64,000 nucleotides of DNA, taken from an uncultured Nitrososphaerota archaeon (lineage in GTDB: Archaea > Thermoproteota > Nitrososphaeria > Nitrososphaerales > Gagatemarchaeaceae). Made by a program: the position numbers and the translations under genes. Position 1 is the stretch's first letter. Each line of letters begins with the position of its first letter. Below are positions 52,208 through 62,870 of the stretch, one piece after another. The stretch spans positions 1 to 64,000 of the forward strand of contig CAVRAG010000007.1 in the NCBI GenBank assembly GCA_963718895.1. The letters run 5' to 3'. The notes beneath the pieces were generated by a model, which worked only from the letters and a program-made list of their open reading frames with translations, did no database searches and was not told the origin of the DNA.

Positions 52208-53249
52208 TCAGGCCCCGGACGCGGCCACACCGGACGTGACGCGGCGCTCGACGACGATGTCGGCGGTCTTCTCCTTGAAGTGGCATGCGACCAGGTGCCC
52301 CGGGGTGACCTCCTCGAGGGGCGGGTCGACCTTGGTGCAAACGTCCTCCATGTAGGGGCACCTTGGGTTGAACCTGCAGCCCGTCGGCGGGTTGATCGCG
52401 CTTGCGACCTCGCCCTTGATCTCGATGTTCAGTAGGTTCCTCTTCCACGGGTTGGCGACGGGCGCGGCGCTCATCAGCGTGATGGTGTAGGGGTGCCTGG
52501 GCCCCGCCATGACCGTCTTGGTGGGGCCGTACTCTACGAGGTGCCCGGCGTACATCACGGCGACGACGTCGGAGAGGTACTGGGCGACCGCGATGTTGTG
52601 GGTGATCAGCATGTAGGAGAGGCCGAACTGGTTCTGCAGCTCGATCAGGAGCCGCAGTATCTGTGCCTGGACAGAGGCGTCGAGGGCGCTGGTCGGCTCG
52701 TCGAGTATCAGGAGCTGCGGCGAGGGGGCTATGGCGCCGCGCTATTGCGACCCTCTGCCTCTGGCCTCCGCTGAGCTGCTTGGGGATGCGGTAGGCCTGC
52801 TCCTCCGAGAGGCCCACGGCGGACAGGCTCCGGGAGACCCTCTCTTCGATGGCCCGCCGGTCCCCGCCGAGCAGACCCCGGACCGGCTCGCCGACGGTGT
52901 CGGCTATGGTCTTCCTCGGGTCGAGGGACGAGTCCGGGTCCTGGAAGACTATCTGGACCTTCTTGTAGACCTCCTTGCGACCAATCTTCGCCATGTCCTG
53001 TCCGTCGAGAAGGATCTCGCCCGAGGTCGGCTCGATAAGCTGCGCCACGGTCCTCGCCAGGGTGGTCTTACCGCACCCTGATTCCCCCACGATGGCGACC
53101 GTCTTGCCCCTCGGGATGCTGATCGAGACCCCGTCGACCGCCTTCACGACCCTGCGCTCGGCCTTGCTGAATGGGTTGAGGCTACGCCTGAGCGGGTAGT
53201 ACTTCTTCAGGTCCCTGGTGACCAGGACGTCTTTGGTCTCATTCGCCAT
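52208..53249 (-). CDS. oppF: Oligopeptide/dipeptide ABC transporter ATPase, OppF/DppF-like (one frameshift)
   Basis: GESGCGKT, LSGGQRQR, ITHN, HPYT and GCRFNPRC. Confidence 0.92.
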
Positions 53250-54300
53250 ATAGAAAACACGATACCTTGTGTCCTGGGCTGACCTCGAGCAGCTTCGGCG
53301 CCTTGCCCCTGCAGATGTCCATGGCGGAGGGGCACCTTTCCGCGTAGCGGCATCCCGGGGGCGGGTGGACCAGGTCGGGGACCGAACCCGGTATGGGCAT
53401 GAGCTTGGTGTCGTCCTTGGACCCGGTGGGGATGCACGAGAGCAGCCCCTTGGTGTAGGGATGGAGCGGCTTGGAGAAGAGGTCGAAGACCCCGGCGTCC
53501 TCGACGACGTCGCCCGCGTACATCACGACCACCCTGTCGGCGACCTGGCTCGCCACGGCCAGGTCGTGCGTGATCAGCATTATGCTGGTGTTCACCTCGG
53601 TGATCAGCTCCTTCATCAGCTTCAGGACCTGCGCCTGGGTCGTCACGTCGAGCGCCGTCGTCGGCTCGTCGGCGACGAGGAGCTTTGGGCGCTGCGAGAG
53701 CGCCATGGCTATCATAACCCTCTGGCGCATGCCCCCGGAGAGCTCGAACGGGTACCTGTCGAGGACCTGCTCCGGGTCGGCTATCCTCACAAGCTTCAGG
53801 GCCTCCACCGCCTCGGCCCTGAGCTCGGGGGTGAGCTTCCTCTTGGGGCGGACCACCTTGGGCGCGCCCTTCGCGTCCTTCTTGTGGAGCTCCTGTATCG
53901 CCTCGGGGTCGGAGACGTCCAGGCCGGCGGACCTGCTCTCCCGGATCAGGATCGCCTCGGCCATCTGTGAGCCCACCTTGTAGACCGGGTTCAGGCTGGT
54001 GAGCGGCTCCTGGAAGATCATGGCGATCTCGGTCCCCCTGTAGCTTCTGAGGTGCTTCGGGTCGAGCTTGACCAGGTCGGTCCCCTTGTAGACTATCGAG
54101 CCCCCGAGGACCTTCGCCGGAGGGCTCTGGAGGAGGCCTATCATCGAGAGCGCCAGGGTGGACTTGCCGCACCCGGACTCGCCGACGACGGCCAGGAACT
54201 CCCTCTCGCCGATGTCGAGGTCGATGCCGTTGAGCGCGACGAGCCTCCACTCGTGGAACTCGTAGGCTATCTTCAGGTCGTCGATCTTGATGAGGCTCAT
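53239..54300 (-). CDS. oppD: Oligopeptide/dipeptide ABC transporter ATPase, OppD/DppD-like
   Basis: GESGCGKS, MIFQEP, LSGGMRQR, DEPTTALD and HPYT. Confidence 0.95.
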   Translation of the reverse strand: MSLIKIDDLKIAYEFHEWRLVALNGIDLDIGEREFLAVVGESGCGKSTLALSMIGLLQSPPAKVLGGSIVYKGTDLVKLDPKHLRSYRGTEIAMIFQEPLTSLNPVYKVGSQMAEAILIRESRSAGLDVSDPEAIQELHKKDAKGAPKVVRPKRKLTPELRAEAVEALKLVRIADPEQVLDRYPFELSGGMRQRVMIAMALSQRPKLLVADEPTTALDVTTQAQVLKLMKELITEVNTSIMLITHDLAVASQVADRVVVMYAGDVVEDAGVFDLFSKPLHPYTKGLLSCIPTGSKDDTKLMPIPGSVPDLVHPPPGCRYAERCPSAMDICRGKAPKLLEVSPGHKVSCFLYGE

Positions 54301-55214
54301 GCCGAGCTCTCCTCCAGCGCGTCGCGGAAGCCGTCCCCGAAGACGCTGAACCCGACGACGGCCATGGCGATGGTGAGGCCGGGGATCACCGGCAGCCAGG
54401 GCGCGGAGATCAGGTAGTCCTGGTAGTTGCTGACCATGTACCCCCAGTCGGGCGCGGGAGGAGGGATCGAGAGGCCGAGGTAGCTCAGGCCCGAGTAGAC
54501 GAGGACGACCGTGCCGAGGTCTAGGGTCGCGTAGACCACCAGGGTGAGGAAGATGTTGGGGATGACGTGGCGGACGACTATCCTGAAGGTCCCGAACCCG
54601 GAGGTCTTTGCGGCCTCGATGTAGTTCTGGTGGGCGACCTTGAGCGTCTCGCCCCGTGAGAGGCGGGCGTAGGCGGGCCACCAGACCATCATGAGCGCGA
54701 ACGCCATGGTGAGGATCCCCGGTCCGAGCCTCGAGACGATGGCGATGGCGAGGATGAGGGCGGGTATTGCGAAGAAGATGTCCGTGACCCTCATCAGGGC
54801 CTCATCGAAGAGCCCTCCCCGGAACCCCGCGAAGCACCCGACGGCGATGCCCACGATGAGGGCCACGCCGACGACCGCGAACCCGATCGAGAACCCGTTG
54901 GGGGTCGCGGCGATGATCCTGCTGAAGACGTCCCTCCCCAGCTGGTCGGTCCCGAAGAGGTACTTCGCCGAGGGTCCCAGGAGAGGCGGCCCCACCGGCT
55001 CGATGGGGTTGTAGGGGGTTATCTGGATGTGGAGGAGCTGGGTCACCTCGACGACCAGGGCGACGACCACGAAGGCCATGATGATCGCGCCGCCGATCAT
55101 CATCTCCTTGTTCCTGCGCAACCGGACTCCGCCGGTGATGAAGCCGAGGCGTCCGACGTTCTTCCGGACCGGCCTGTTCGGCTTGACCGGTTCTGGGGGT
55201 TCCTGGGTCGCCAT
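54297..55214 (-). CDS. oppC: ABC permease, OppC/DppC-like
   Basis: FGTDQLGRDVFSR, YIEAAK (EAA) and PPAPDWG. Confidence 0.95.
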   Translation of the reverse strand: MATQEPPEPVKPNRPVRKNVGRLGFITGGVRLRRNKEMMIGGAIIMAFVVVALVVEVTQLLHIQITPYNPIEPVGPPLLGPSAKYLFGTDQLGRDVFSRIIAATPNGFSIGFAVVGVALIVGIAVGCFAGFRGGLFDEALMRVTDIFFAIPALILAIAIVSRLGPGILTMAFALMMVWWPAYARLSRGETLKVAHQNYIEAAKTSGFGTFRIVVRHVIPNIFLTLVVYATLDLGTVVLVYSGLSYLGLSIPPPAPDWGYMVSNYQDYLISAPWLPVIPGLTIAMAVVGFSVFGDGFRDALEESSA

Positions 55215-55215
55215 T

Positions 55216-56235
55216 TTAGCTGTACCTGATCTGGGGGTCCACGACGACGTACAGGATGTCAGCGGAGAGGTTCGTAAGCACGATGAGCGAGGCGAATATC
55301 AGCGTGGTCGCGAGTATCCCGGGGTAGTCCGAGGCCAGCAGCGCCTGGACGACGTACTGTCCCATACCCGGATAGGCGAAGATGTTCTCCACGAAGACCG
55401 TCCCGGTCAGGAGGTAGGTCACCACGAGTGAGGAGACCGTGACGACGGGTATCAGCCCGTTCCGCAGGCCGTGGCTCAGGAAGACGGTTCTCTCGTCCAC
55501 TCCCTTGGCGCGGGCCGTCCGGATGAAGTTTGAGTGCATCACGTCGAGCACCGAGGCTCTGAGTATTCTGGTCACCACGCCGAAGGTGGTCACGGCGAGG
55601 GTGAGGCTCGGGAGGATGACGTGGATGAGGGCGCTCCTCAGGTAGGCAAAGTTCCCCTCGATCAGCGAGTCCAGCATGGGTATCCCCGTGATCGCGTGCG
55701 GGGCGATAATCGAGACGTCCGCGGCGCCACCGCTCGGGAGCAAGTGGAGATAGTAGACGAGGATTATCAGCAGCACCAGCCCGATGAAGAATGGGGGAGA
55801 GGAGTATCCGGCGAGGTAGAACCCCCGGATGCCTGCGTCGAGGGGCTTCTTGTGGTAGAACGAGGCAAGGATACCGAAGGCGATCCCCATCAGCAGAGTC
55901 AGGATGATCCCGAAGAACGCTATCTGGAGCGTGTACGGCAGCGTCTGCTGGATGACCGTGATGACGGGGGTGAACCCGCGGGACGGCGAGACCCCGAGGT
56001 TCCCCTGGGATAGCCCGAGCACATAGTAGTAGAACTGGGTGTAGATGGGCGCGTCCAGGTGGTACTTGGCCACGTAGAGCTTGACCAGGTTGGGGTGGAG
56101 AGCCGCGGACTTGCCGAGCCACGCGTAGATCGGGTTCCCGAAGCTGTGCGAGATGGTGAACGTTATCACCAGCACACCTAGGAGGACAAATATCGCGAGA
56201 AGCAGACGGCGAGCGATATAACGCCCTATATCCAC
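55216..56235 (-). CDS. oppB: ABC permease, OppB/DppB-like
   Basis: YIARRL, GNLG, FIRTARAKG, VENIFAYPGMG and VDPQIR; GTG start 56235. Confidence 0.95.
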   Translation of the reverse strand: MDIGRYIARRLLLAIFVLLGVLVITFTISHSFGNPIYAWLGKSAALHPNLVKLYVAKYHLDAPIYTQFYYYVLGLSQGNLGVSPSRGFTPVITVIQQTLPYTLQIAFFGIILTLLMGIAFGILASFYHKKPLDAGIRGFYLAGYSSPPFFIGLVLLIILVYYLHLLPSGGAADVSIIAPHAITGIPMLDSLIEGNFAYLRSALIHVILPSLTLAVTTFGVVTRILRASVLDVMHSNFIRTARAKGVDERTVFLSHGLRNGLIPVVTVSSLVVTYLLTGTVFVENIFAYPGMGQYVVQALLASDYPGILATTLIFASLIVLTNLSADILYVVVDPQIRYS

Positions 56236-56431
56236 GGGGCTAAAGTTGCGTTCTGAGTTATTTATCGATATTGGTGCAAATTTAAACTCGCGCGGGACCC
56301 CGCAGACGCCTGCGAAATCTCCTCTGGGGGTGAGCGGACCGGACCCAAGCTGGGTCGCCGGAGGTCTGGACTCGCGCCTCGGAAGGCGCTGCAAATCTTA
56401 TAACGAGTCGGCCCCTATGCTCGAGTGACAA

Positions 56432-57193
56432 ATGGGATCGAGCCTGCAGGACAAGGTCACGATAGTGACGGGAGCGGCCTCCGGCATAGGGAGGGGCTCA
56501 GCCATGGTCTTCGCGGCCAACGGGGCGAAGGTCGTGGTGGCGGACATAGACGAGGAAGGAGGAAAGAAGACGGTCGAGGAGATAGGAAGGCGCGGCGGGA
56601 CGGCGATCTTCGTGAGGACGGACGTCTCCAGCGCCTCGGACGCCAAGAACTGCGTCGAGAGGGCCGTGAAGGAGTACGGGAGGCTCGATTGTCTCTTCAG
56701 CAACGCCGGCTTCAACCCCACGGGCACCGTCGTCGACACGACGGAGGAGCTCTGGGACCGGCTCATCGATGTGAACCTTAAGGGCATGTTCCTGATGTGC
56801 AAGTACTCTATCCCCGAGATGAAAAAGGCCGGAAGGGGCTCGATCGTCTGCACCGCGAGCGTCGACGGAGTCATCGCCATAAGGAACGAGGCCGCCTACA
56901 TCGCCTCCAAGGGCGGGATCATCTCGCTGGTGAAGGCTATGGCCCTGGACCACGCCCCGGACAACGTCAGGGTCAACTGCATCCTCCCCGGTGCCATCAG
57001 GACCGCGCTCTACGAGAAGTTCATCCGGGAGAATCCGGGCATAGAGGACCAAGCGAAGGAGCACGCAATGGGGAGGATAGGCGAGCCGGAGGAGGTCGGA
57101 GAGGTCGCGATGTTCCTCCTCTCGGACGCTCCCAGCTTCGTAACCGGGGCGATTATCCCCGTGGACGGGGGATACTCGGCGGTCAAGACCTGA
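56432..57193 (+). CDS. Classical short-chain dehydrogenase/reductase
   Basis: TGAASGIG, NAG, YIASK and VDGG. Confidence 0.95.
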   Translation: MGSSLQDKVTIVTGAASGIGRGSAMVFAANGAKVVVADIDEEGGKKTVEEIGRRGGTAIFVRTDVSSASDAKNCVERAVKEYGRLDCLFSNAGFNPTGTVVDTTEELWDRLIDVNLKGMFLMCKYSIPEMKKAGRGSIVCTASVDGVIAIRNEAAYIASKGGIISLVKAMALDHAPDNVRVNCILPGAIRTALYEKFIRENPGIEDQAKEHAMGRIGEPEEVGEVAMFLLSDAPSFVTGAIIPVDGGYSAVKT

Positions 57194-57232
57194 CCGGCCG
57201 CATGCACGCCCAGAGGCAGGCGCCGGGGACGC

Positions 57233-58411
57233 TCAGACGATGCTTCCGAGCCCCTTGTAGCTCGTGCCTCCCGCGGGCAGTCGGTCGAACCTAGACATAG
57301 AAAACTCCGACCTGTCGAAGGTGGGAGAGTCGGCGCCCCCCAGCATCTCCGTGACCATCAGGCCGAACGCGGGGCACATTTTGAAGCCGTGTCCGCTCAG
57401 CCCGACGCACGCGTACACGCCAGGGAAGCCCAGGCCGGCGAGGCTGTCCACCACGGGCAGTTCGTCGGGGGTCGTGTCGTACATCCCGTAGTATGTGCTG
57501 TGGACGGTGCCTTCCTTCATGGGCGGAATCCTTTCCATCATCGACTCGGAGAACCTCGAGACGTAATCGTCCGGGGCCTCCCTGGGGCAGTCCTCGGGCG
57601 CTACCGAGACCTTGTCGAGCTCGGCGTCGATGCTCCCCCCGTAGAGTAGCGACCGGCCCTCGGGCTTGTAGTAGGCCTTCTTGGCATAGTCTGATACTAT
57701 CACCTTGGGGCCGAGATACCTTTCCGGCCTGCGGTAAACGACGATCGGGTGGGGGACGACCCTTAGCGGAGGCCGGATCTCGACCGGGACATCGCTCCGG
57801 GAGAGGATGTCGTTGGTCCAGATGTTGGTGCAGAGTACCACCCTGGAAAACTCGAGCCTCCTCCCGTCCCCGAGAAGGAGAGAGGTCGCGCTCCGCGAAT
57901 TCTCGATTCGCTCCACGCGGGTGTTAACAAGAACGCGGGCGCCCAGGGACTCAGCCATCGAAGAGTATGTCCTAGCAGTCGAGACCGGGTCGGCGTAGCC
58001 GCTCTCGGGCTCGTACACGAAGTGGTCGACATCGTCGACCTGTAGCTCTGGGAATTGGCGGGCAGCGTCGTTCCTGTCGAGGACCTCCTCCGCGACGCCC
58101 ACGGACCTAAGCATCGAGACGTTCGCCTGCGCCGCGGGCCAGTGCTCCTCCGGGACGAGGAACAGCATGCCCGACCTGACGAACCCCGCGCCGTCCATGC
58201 CTCGGAGCACCCCGAGCGAGTAGAGCGCCATCCTTGCCAGGGTCTCGTTGCTGTAGTGGGTCCTGACGTTCGCGGTCGAGCGGCTCGTCATCCCTCCCCC
58301 GATCTGGTCCATCTCGATGAGGGTCACTGGGTGCCCGGCCTTGGCGAGGTGGTACGCGACGCTCGACCCCGTCGACCCTGCGCCGACCACTGCGACGTCC
58401 TCGGTCTTCAA
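57233..58411 (-). CDS. FAD-dependent oxidoreductase, DAO/sarcosine oxidase beta-like
   Basis: VVGAGSTG, YDTTPD and GLSGHGFK. Confidence 0.92.
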   Translation of the reverse strand: MKTEDVAVVGAGSTGSSVAYHLAKAGHPVTLIEMDQIGGGMTSRSTANVRTHYSNETLARMALYSLGVLRGMDGAGFVRSGMLFLVPEEHWPAAQANVSMLRSVGVAEEVLDRNDAARQFPELQVDDVDHFVYEPESGYADPVSTARTYSSMAESLGARVLVNTRVERIENSRSATSLLLGDGRRLEFSRVVLCTNIWTNDILSRSDVPVEIRPPLRVVPHPIVVYRRPERYLGPKVIVSDYAKKAYYKPEGRSLLYGGSIDAELDKVSVAPEDCPREAPDDYVSRFSESMMERIPPMKEGTVHSTYYGMYDTTPDELPVVDSLAGLGFPGVYACVGLSGHGFKMCPAFGLMVTEMLGGADSPTFDRSEFSMSRFDRLPAGGTSYKGLGSIV

Positions 58412-58524
58412 ACGCCCGTCGGGGCCACTGGGCGGATATGAGTTTTTGGAAGCAGCTCCGCGTCAGATCCGCGGGGAACGTCGGGCGATAAGGCTTAAGT
58501 AAAAAACAGAGCCGGCAACCGTCG

Positions 58525-60588
58525 TTGTCGGAATTCAAGCACCTGTTCACGCCGATAGAGATCGGTCCCATCACGCTCAGGAACCGGATCTACATGACTC
58601 CGCACGCCACGATGTTCACGTCTGACGCCCGGGACAACCTTCCGGGAGAAACCATAGCGACCTACCTCGCCGAGAGGGCAAAGGGCGGCGCGGCCCTCGT
58701 CGAGGTCTCGATGGCGATCATCGGTCAGGAGGTCGGGCAGACCTCGCCCGACACGGACGCCCACTTCAGCCCGCTCGCCGGCGGCCACCCCATGACGCTG
58801 ACGGGGCGGTGGCCCCTGAGGGCTAACGATCCCCGCATCGTCGACGGCTACTCGCGAATGGCCAGGGCGGTGCACGACCACGGTGGCAGGTGCTTCATCG
58901 AGCTGGCCTCTGGTGGGACGAATGTCGGGAACGAAAAAGGGGTCTCGCGTTTCCCTTGGCCCTCGCACCCCCTGCACGTGCTCCCCTTCACGCCCATGGA
59001 GCTCACCGACGAGGAGATCGAGGGCCAGGTCGCGGCCTACGGGAGCGCCGCGGCGCTGGTCAAGAAGTCGGGGCTCGACGGAGTCGACATCCACGGGACC
59101 CACGGGGCGATAGTCTCCGAGTTCCTCTCGGCCGTCATGAACCAGAGGAAGGACAGGTGGGGCGGCCCGCTCGAGAACAGGATGAGGTTCCTCGAAGAGG
59201 TCATCAAGAGCATCAGGGAGAACGTTGGCACCGATATCGCCGTCGGCATGCGCCTCATGGGAGACGAGAGGTTCGAGGGAGGGAACGGTCCCGCCGAGGC
59301 GGCCGAGATGGTCAGGCGTCTCGACGGCAAGCTCGACTGGGTGACCGCCGACAGGGGCTACTCCCCCCAGCAGGAGGACTGGCAGGCCGTCCCGATGTAC
59401 GTGGAGAGCGGCTACAACCTAAGGATAACGAACCCGGTCAAGCAGGCAGCGAAGAAGACGAAGGTGGGCGTGGTAGGGAAGTACGTCGACCCGGTCTACG
59501 CCGAGCACCTCCTGGCCACCGGCGAGGCGGACATGGTCGCCATGACGAGGGCGCTCATCGCCGACCCTGAGCTGCCCAACAAGGCGCTGCAGGGCCGGGT
59601 GAACGAGATACGCCCCTGCATCGGCGTGCTCCAGGAGTGCTGGGGACGGATGATAAGGGGCCTGCCGATCTCCTGCACGGTCAACCCGGCCGCCGGCAGG
59701 GAGAAGGAGTGGGGTATGGGGACGGAGACGGCGCCCTCCCGTCCGAAGAAGGTCCTCGTGATCGGAGGGGGGCCCGCCGGGCTGGAGGTAGCGAGGGTGC
59801 TAGCCGAACGCGGCCACAAGCCGGTGATCTACGAGAGGTCCAGGAACCTGGGAGGCCAGCTCCTCACGGCGGCGAAGCTGCCCGGTAGGGAGAACCTCCG
59901 GGCCATAGTCCAGTGGCAGATAGAGCGCATCTCGGAGATGGGGGTCGAGGTGAGGTTCGGCATGGAGGTCTCCGCCGACACGGCCGTGGTCGACTTCATC
60001 CTCGAGGAGGAGAGGCCCGACGCGGTCGTGATCTCGACGGGCTCGTCCCCGATACGGACGGGATTCCAGCCCTACACGATGCACGAGGTACGAGGCTGGG
60101 ACCAGCCGGTCGTCTCGACCGATCGGGACATCTGGGAAGGGAGGGTCAAGGCGGGAAAGAAGGTCATCATCGCGGACACGCTTAGCTTCGTGGAGGCGCC
60201 CGGACTGGGCGAGCACCTGGCCCGCCAGGGGAGCGACGTGGAGGTAGTGACGCCCCTCGCCAACATCGCCATGGAGGCTAACCTCTACAACCACTGGGAC
60301 CACATGCTGCCGAGGGTCTTCTCGTCGGGCGTCAGGGTCTCACCCTTCAACTGGGTGAGGAAGGTCGAAGGGAACAGGGTCACGCTCTACAACATCCACA
60401 CCCCCAGGACAGAGCGCGTGGAGGAGGTCGACAACCTGGTCCTCATCACCGGCAGCATTCAGAACGACTCGCTGTCCGCCGCGTTCAGAGGCCGCGCCGA
60501 GGTCCACGTCATCGGCGACGCCAGAATAGGAGGGGCGAGGATCGGGAACGCCATGTACGATGCCGGGAAGCTCGCGAGAGAGCTCTGA
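58525..60588 (+). CDS. OYE/FadH-like FMN + FAD NADH:flavin oxidoreductase
   Basis: LFTPIEIG...LRNR, RAKGG, HGTHG, RKDRWGG.LENR, RALIADP, GGGPAG and IGDA. Confidence 0.93.
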   Translation: MSEFKHLFTPIEIGPITLRNRIYMTPHATMFTSDARDNLPGETIATYLAERAKGGAALVEVSMAIIGQEVGQTSPDTDAHFSPLAGGHPMTLTGRWPLRANDPRIVDGYSRMARAVHDHGGRCFIELASGGTNVGNEKGVSRFPWPSHPLHVLPFTPMELTDEEIEGQVAAYGSAAALVKKSGLDGVDIHGTHGAIVSEFLSAVMNQRKDRWGGPLENRMRFLEEVIKSIRENVGTDIAVGMRLMGDERFEGGNGPAEAAEMVRRLDGKLDWVTADRGYSPQQEDWQAVPMYVESGYNLRITNPVKQAAKKTKVGVVGKYVDPVYAEHLLATGEADMVAMTRALIADPELPNKALQGRVNEIRPCIGVLQECWGRMIRGLPISCTVNPAAGREKEWGMGTETAPSRPKKVLVIGGGPAGLEVARVLAERGHKPVIYERSRNLGGQLLTAAKLPGRENLRAIVQWQIERISEMGVEVRFGMEVSADTAVVDFILEEERPDAVVISTGSSPIRTGFQPYTMHEVRGWDQPVVSTDRDIWEGRVKAGKKVIIADTLSFVEAPGLGEHLARQGSDVEVVTPLANIAMEANLYNHWDHMLPRVFSSGVRVSPFNWVRKVEGNRVTLYNIHTPRTERVEEVDNLVLITGSIQNDSLSAAFRGRAEVHVIGDARIGGARIGNAMYDAGKLAREL

Positions 60589-60640
60589 CTAGAAAGTACC
60601 GAAAGGGAAGGGGAGGGCGGCGGAGGGCCGCCCGATTCGC

Positions 60641-62557
60641 TTATCCGAACGTCACTGTGTTGAAGATGGGCTCCGTCGACTCTCCGGTCCAGACCGGATC
60701 GACATAGAAGTGGCTGACGACTCCCGCCTTCCATACGAGTGACCCTCCGTAGGGCAGCCACAGGCTGAAGGTCCCCAGCCATGCGTAAGGTGCCTGCTGG
60801 TAGATCACCTTCTGGGCTGCGGCACAGAGCGACTGTATCGTCGAGATGACGCTCGTCGAGGTGAAGGCGTTCACGCAGGCCTGGACTGTTGGGTTCGAGT
60901 ATCCGGGCCAGTTGCCCCAGAGGGAAGTGTTGCTCACGAATGTCACCCAGTAGTCTGCGGGGGTCAGTGTGGCAGGACCCCAGCCGAAGCCGGAGTTCAC
61001 GAATGCCAGCTGCCCTATCTGGGACGCGTCCGCCACGTTGGTGGAGTAGGTACCGTAGGGCACGTAGTAGGCGGAGGTGGACTGGACCTGGATGTTCACG
61101 TTGATGCCTATCTGGGCCAGGTCGGACTTCACGACAGCCACTGCGCTCGAGCAGTCCTGGCAGCCTGACTGGATGTCCAAGGTGAAGGCAGGGAAGTTCG
61201 CCGTGTTGATGCTTGCGTTGGCCAGTATCTGCTTCGCCATGGCTATGTTGTACTGGTACGCCGTGTAGTTGCCCAGGTCATAGAACTGGGACCAAGCCGG
61301 GTACTCCGGACCGACGTAGGGCTTGAGCTCGCCCTGGTATGCGGTGTCGGAGAGCTGCGTGTAGTTGATCGCATGGACTATGGCCTGCCTCACCGCCGTG
61401 ATGTTCGTGGGATAGATGTTCGGGTTGAGGCCTATCAGCGCGACCTCTCCGTTCCACGGAGGCTGGGTGAGGTACTGGTACTGCGAGTTCCCGGTCACCG
61501 AGGACCAGTCGCTCGCCTGGATCTCGGAGATCTGCGCCGCACCGGTGCTCAGGTCGGTGAACCTGGAGAGGTCGTCGGCCTTGACCTGGACGATCACATT
61601 GGCTGCGTGGCCTGGGTCCAGGAGTGGCTGGGCCTTGATCTGGCTCGCCGTGAGGGTACTGCCCCAGTAGGACGAGCTCTGCGCGAACTGCACGTAGGCG
61701 TTGTCGGACTCTCCGGTCACGACGTAGGGCCCGGTGCCGGGTATCGGGCTTAGGTTGAAGTTCTGGTTGAACTGGGTCGGAGTGCCGAACCCGCCGTTCT
61801 GGAGCAGGTAGTTCACGTCGTACATCAGACCGTCATAGACGACCAGGGCGCCTGGGAACCAAAGGAACGGGCTCTGAAGGTGGAAGACTATCTGGGTCGA
61901 GTTGGTGACGTATATCGGCCAGTTCTGGTTCTCCATCATGGCGAGGACCTGCGAGCTCGGGCTGTTCAGTCCGCTCGAGGTCAGGGTCGCTATCGTCGAC
62001 GGGCCGAAGTTGACGTTCGTCATGTTGAAGAAGTCATAGGACTCCATCCAGGTGGAGCTGTTTCCCGAGAGGTAGTAGAAGCCGTACTCCTCCGCCCACA
62101 CGTTGTAGGCGTTGAACGAGTCGCCGTTCGAGAACTTGATGTCCGGCCTCAGGTTGAACGTGTAGGTCTTCCCGTCGGTGGAGACCGTCCAGCCGCTGGC
62201 GAGGCCGGGGAGATACTGTATGGTCCCGGTCTGCTGCTCTGCCGTCTCGTTGGCAAAGACCAGAGGCTGGTACACGGTGTACGTCAGCCAGTTGGGCCAC
62301 GGTAGCTCGGAGAGCGCGTAGAGCTGGTTCAGGTTATCGATCGGCCACGATGAGGCGTCGATGGTAAGGGTCTGAACTGAAGACTGCGAGGAGGTCGCCG
62401 AGGAGCTTGTAGTCTGCGTGGTGGAACTCGAAGAAAGTGTGGAGTAGTACACCACCCCTGCGGCAGCAGCGATCACGAGTACGATTACGATAGCTATACT
62501 TACCGTCCTTGTTATTGCGGTTGATTGCCGTCTGAACAAGTGCCGGTCCCTGTGCAC
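60641..62557 (-). CDS. Family 5 ABC substrate-binding protein (archaeal type, N-terminal TM + Ser/Thr linker)
   Basis: PGLASGWTVS.DG..YTFNLR, PGTGPY, VRQAI and AQIGINV. Confidence 0.92.
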   Translation of the reverse strand: MHRDRHLFRRQSTAITRTVSIAIVIVLVIAAAAGVVYYSTLSSSSTTQTTSSSATSSQSSVQTLTIDASSWPIDNLNQLYALSELPWPNWLTYTVYQPLVFANETAEQQTGTIQYLPGLASGWTVSTDGKTYTFNLRPDIKFSNGDSFNAYNVWAEEYGFYYLSGNSSTWMESYDFFNMTNVNFGPSTIATLTSSGLNSPSSQVLAMMENQNWPIYVTNSTQIVFHLQSPFLWFPGALVVYDGLMYDVNYLLQNGGFGTPTQFNQNFNLSPIPGTGPYVVTGESDNAYVQFAQSSSYWGSTLTASQIKAQPLLDPGHAANVIVQVKADDLSRFTDLSTGAAQISEIQASDWSSVTGNSQYQYLTQPPWNGEVALIGLNPNIYPTNITAVRQAIVHAINYTQLSDTAYQGELKPYVGPEYPAWSQFYDLGNYTAYQYNIAMAKQILANASINTANFPAFTLDIQSGCQDCSSAVAVVKSDLAQIGINVNIQVQSTSAYYVPYGTYSTNVADASQIGQLAFVNSGFGWGPATLTPADYWVTFVSNTSLWGNWPGYSNPTVQACVNAFTSTSVISTIQSLCAAAQKVIYQQAPYAWLGTFSLWLPYGGSLVWKAGVVSHFYVDPVWTGESTEPIFNTVTFG

Positions 62558-62870
62558 GTTACAGGATATTTAAGTTTTGAGTAGATTGTTCCTCCAATTT
62601 TTGCTGCTTTATCTAGGCTCTTCCCCGGGCAACCCGGACCTGGTTCGTCTGCCTCTCCGAGAAGAGGACCACCTGATTGGGGGCAGGGGTCAAGGACGGA
62701 TTTCCCCCCACCGAGGTCGCAGAAAAGCACCTTGCACTTCCATCAAAGAGCGCCTCGTTAGGGTCCACGCGAGGGACATAGGGGTGAGGAAGGAACCGAC
62801 GATACAGAGGGAAGGTCCGGAGGATCCGTAGAATGGAGGATGTGCGCCCCTCCCCGAGGAAGGGGGCACT

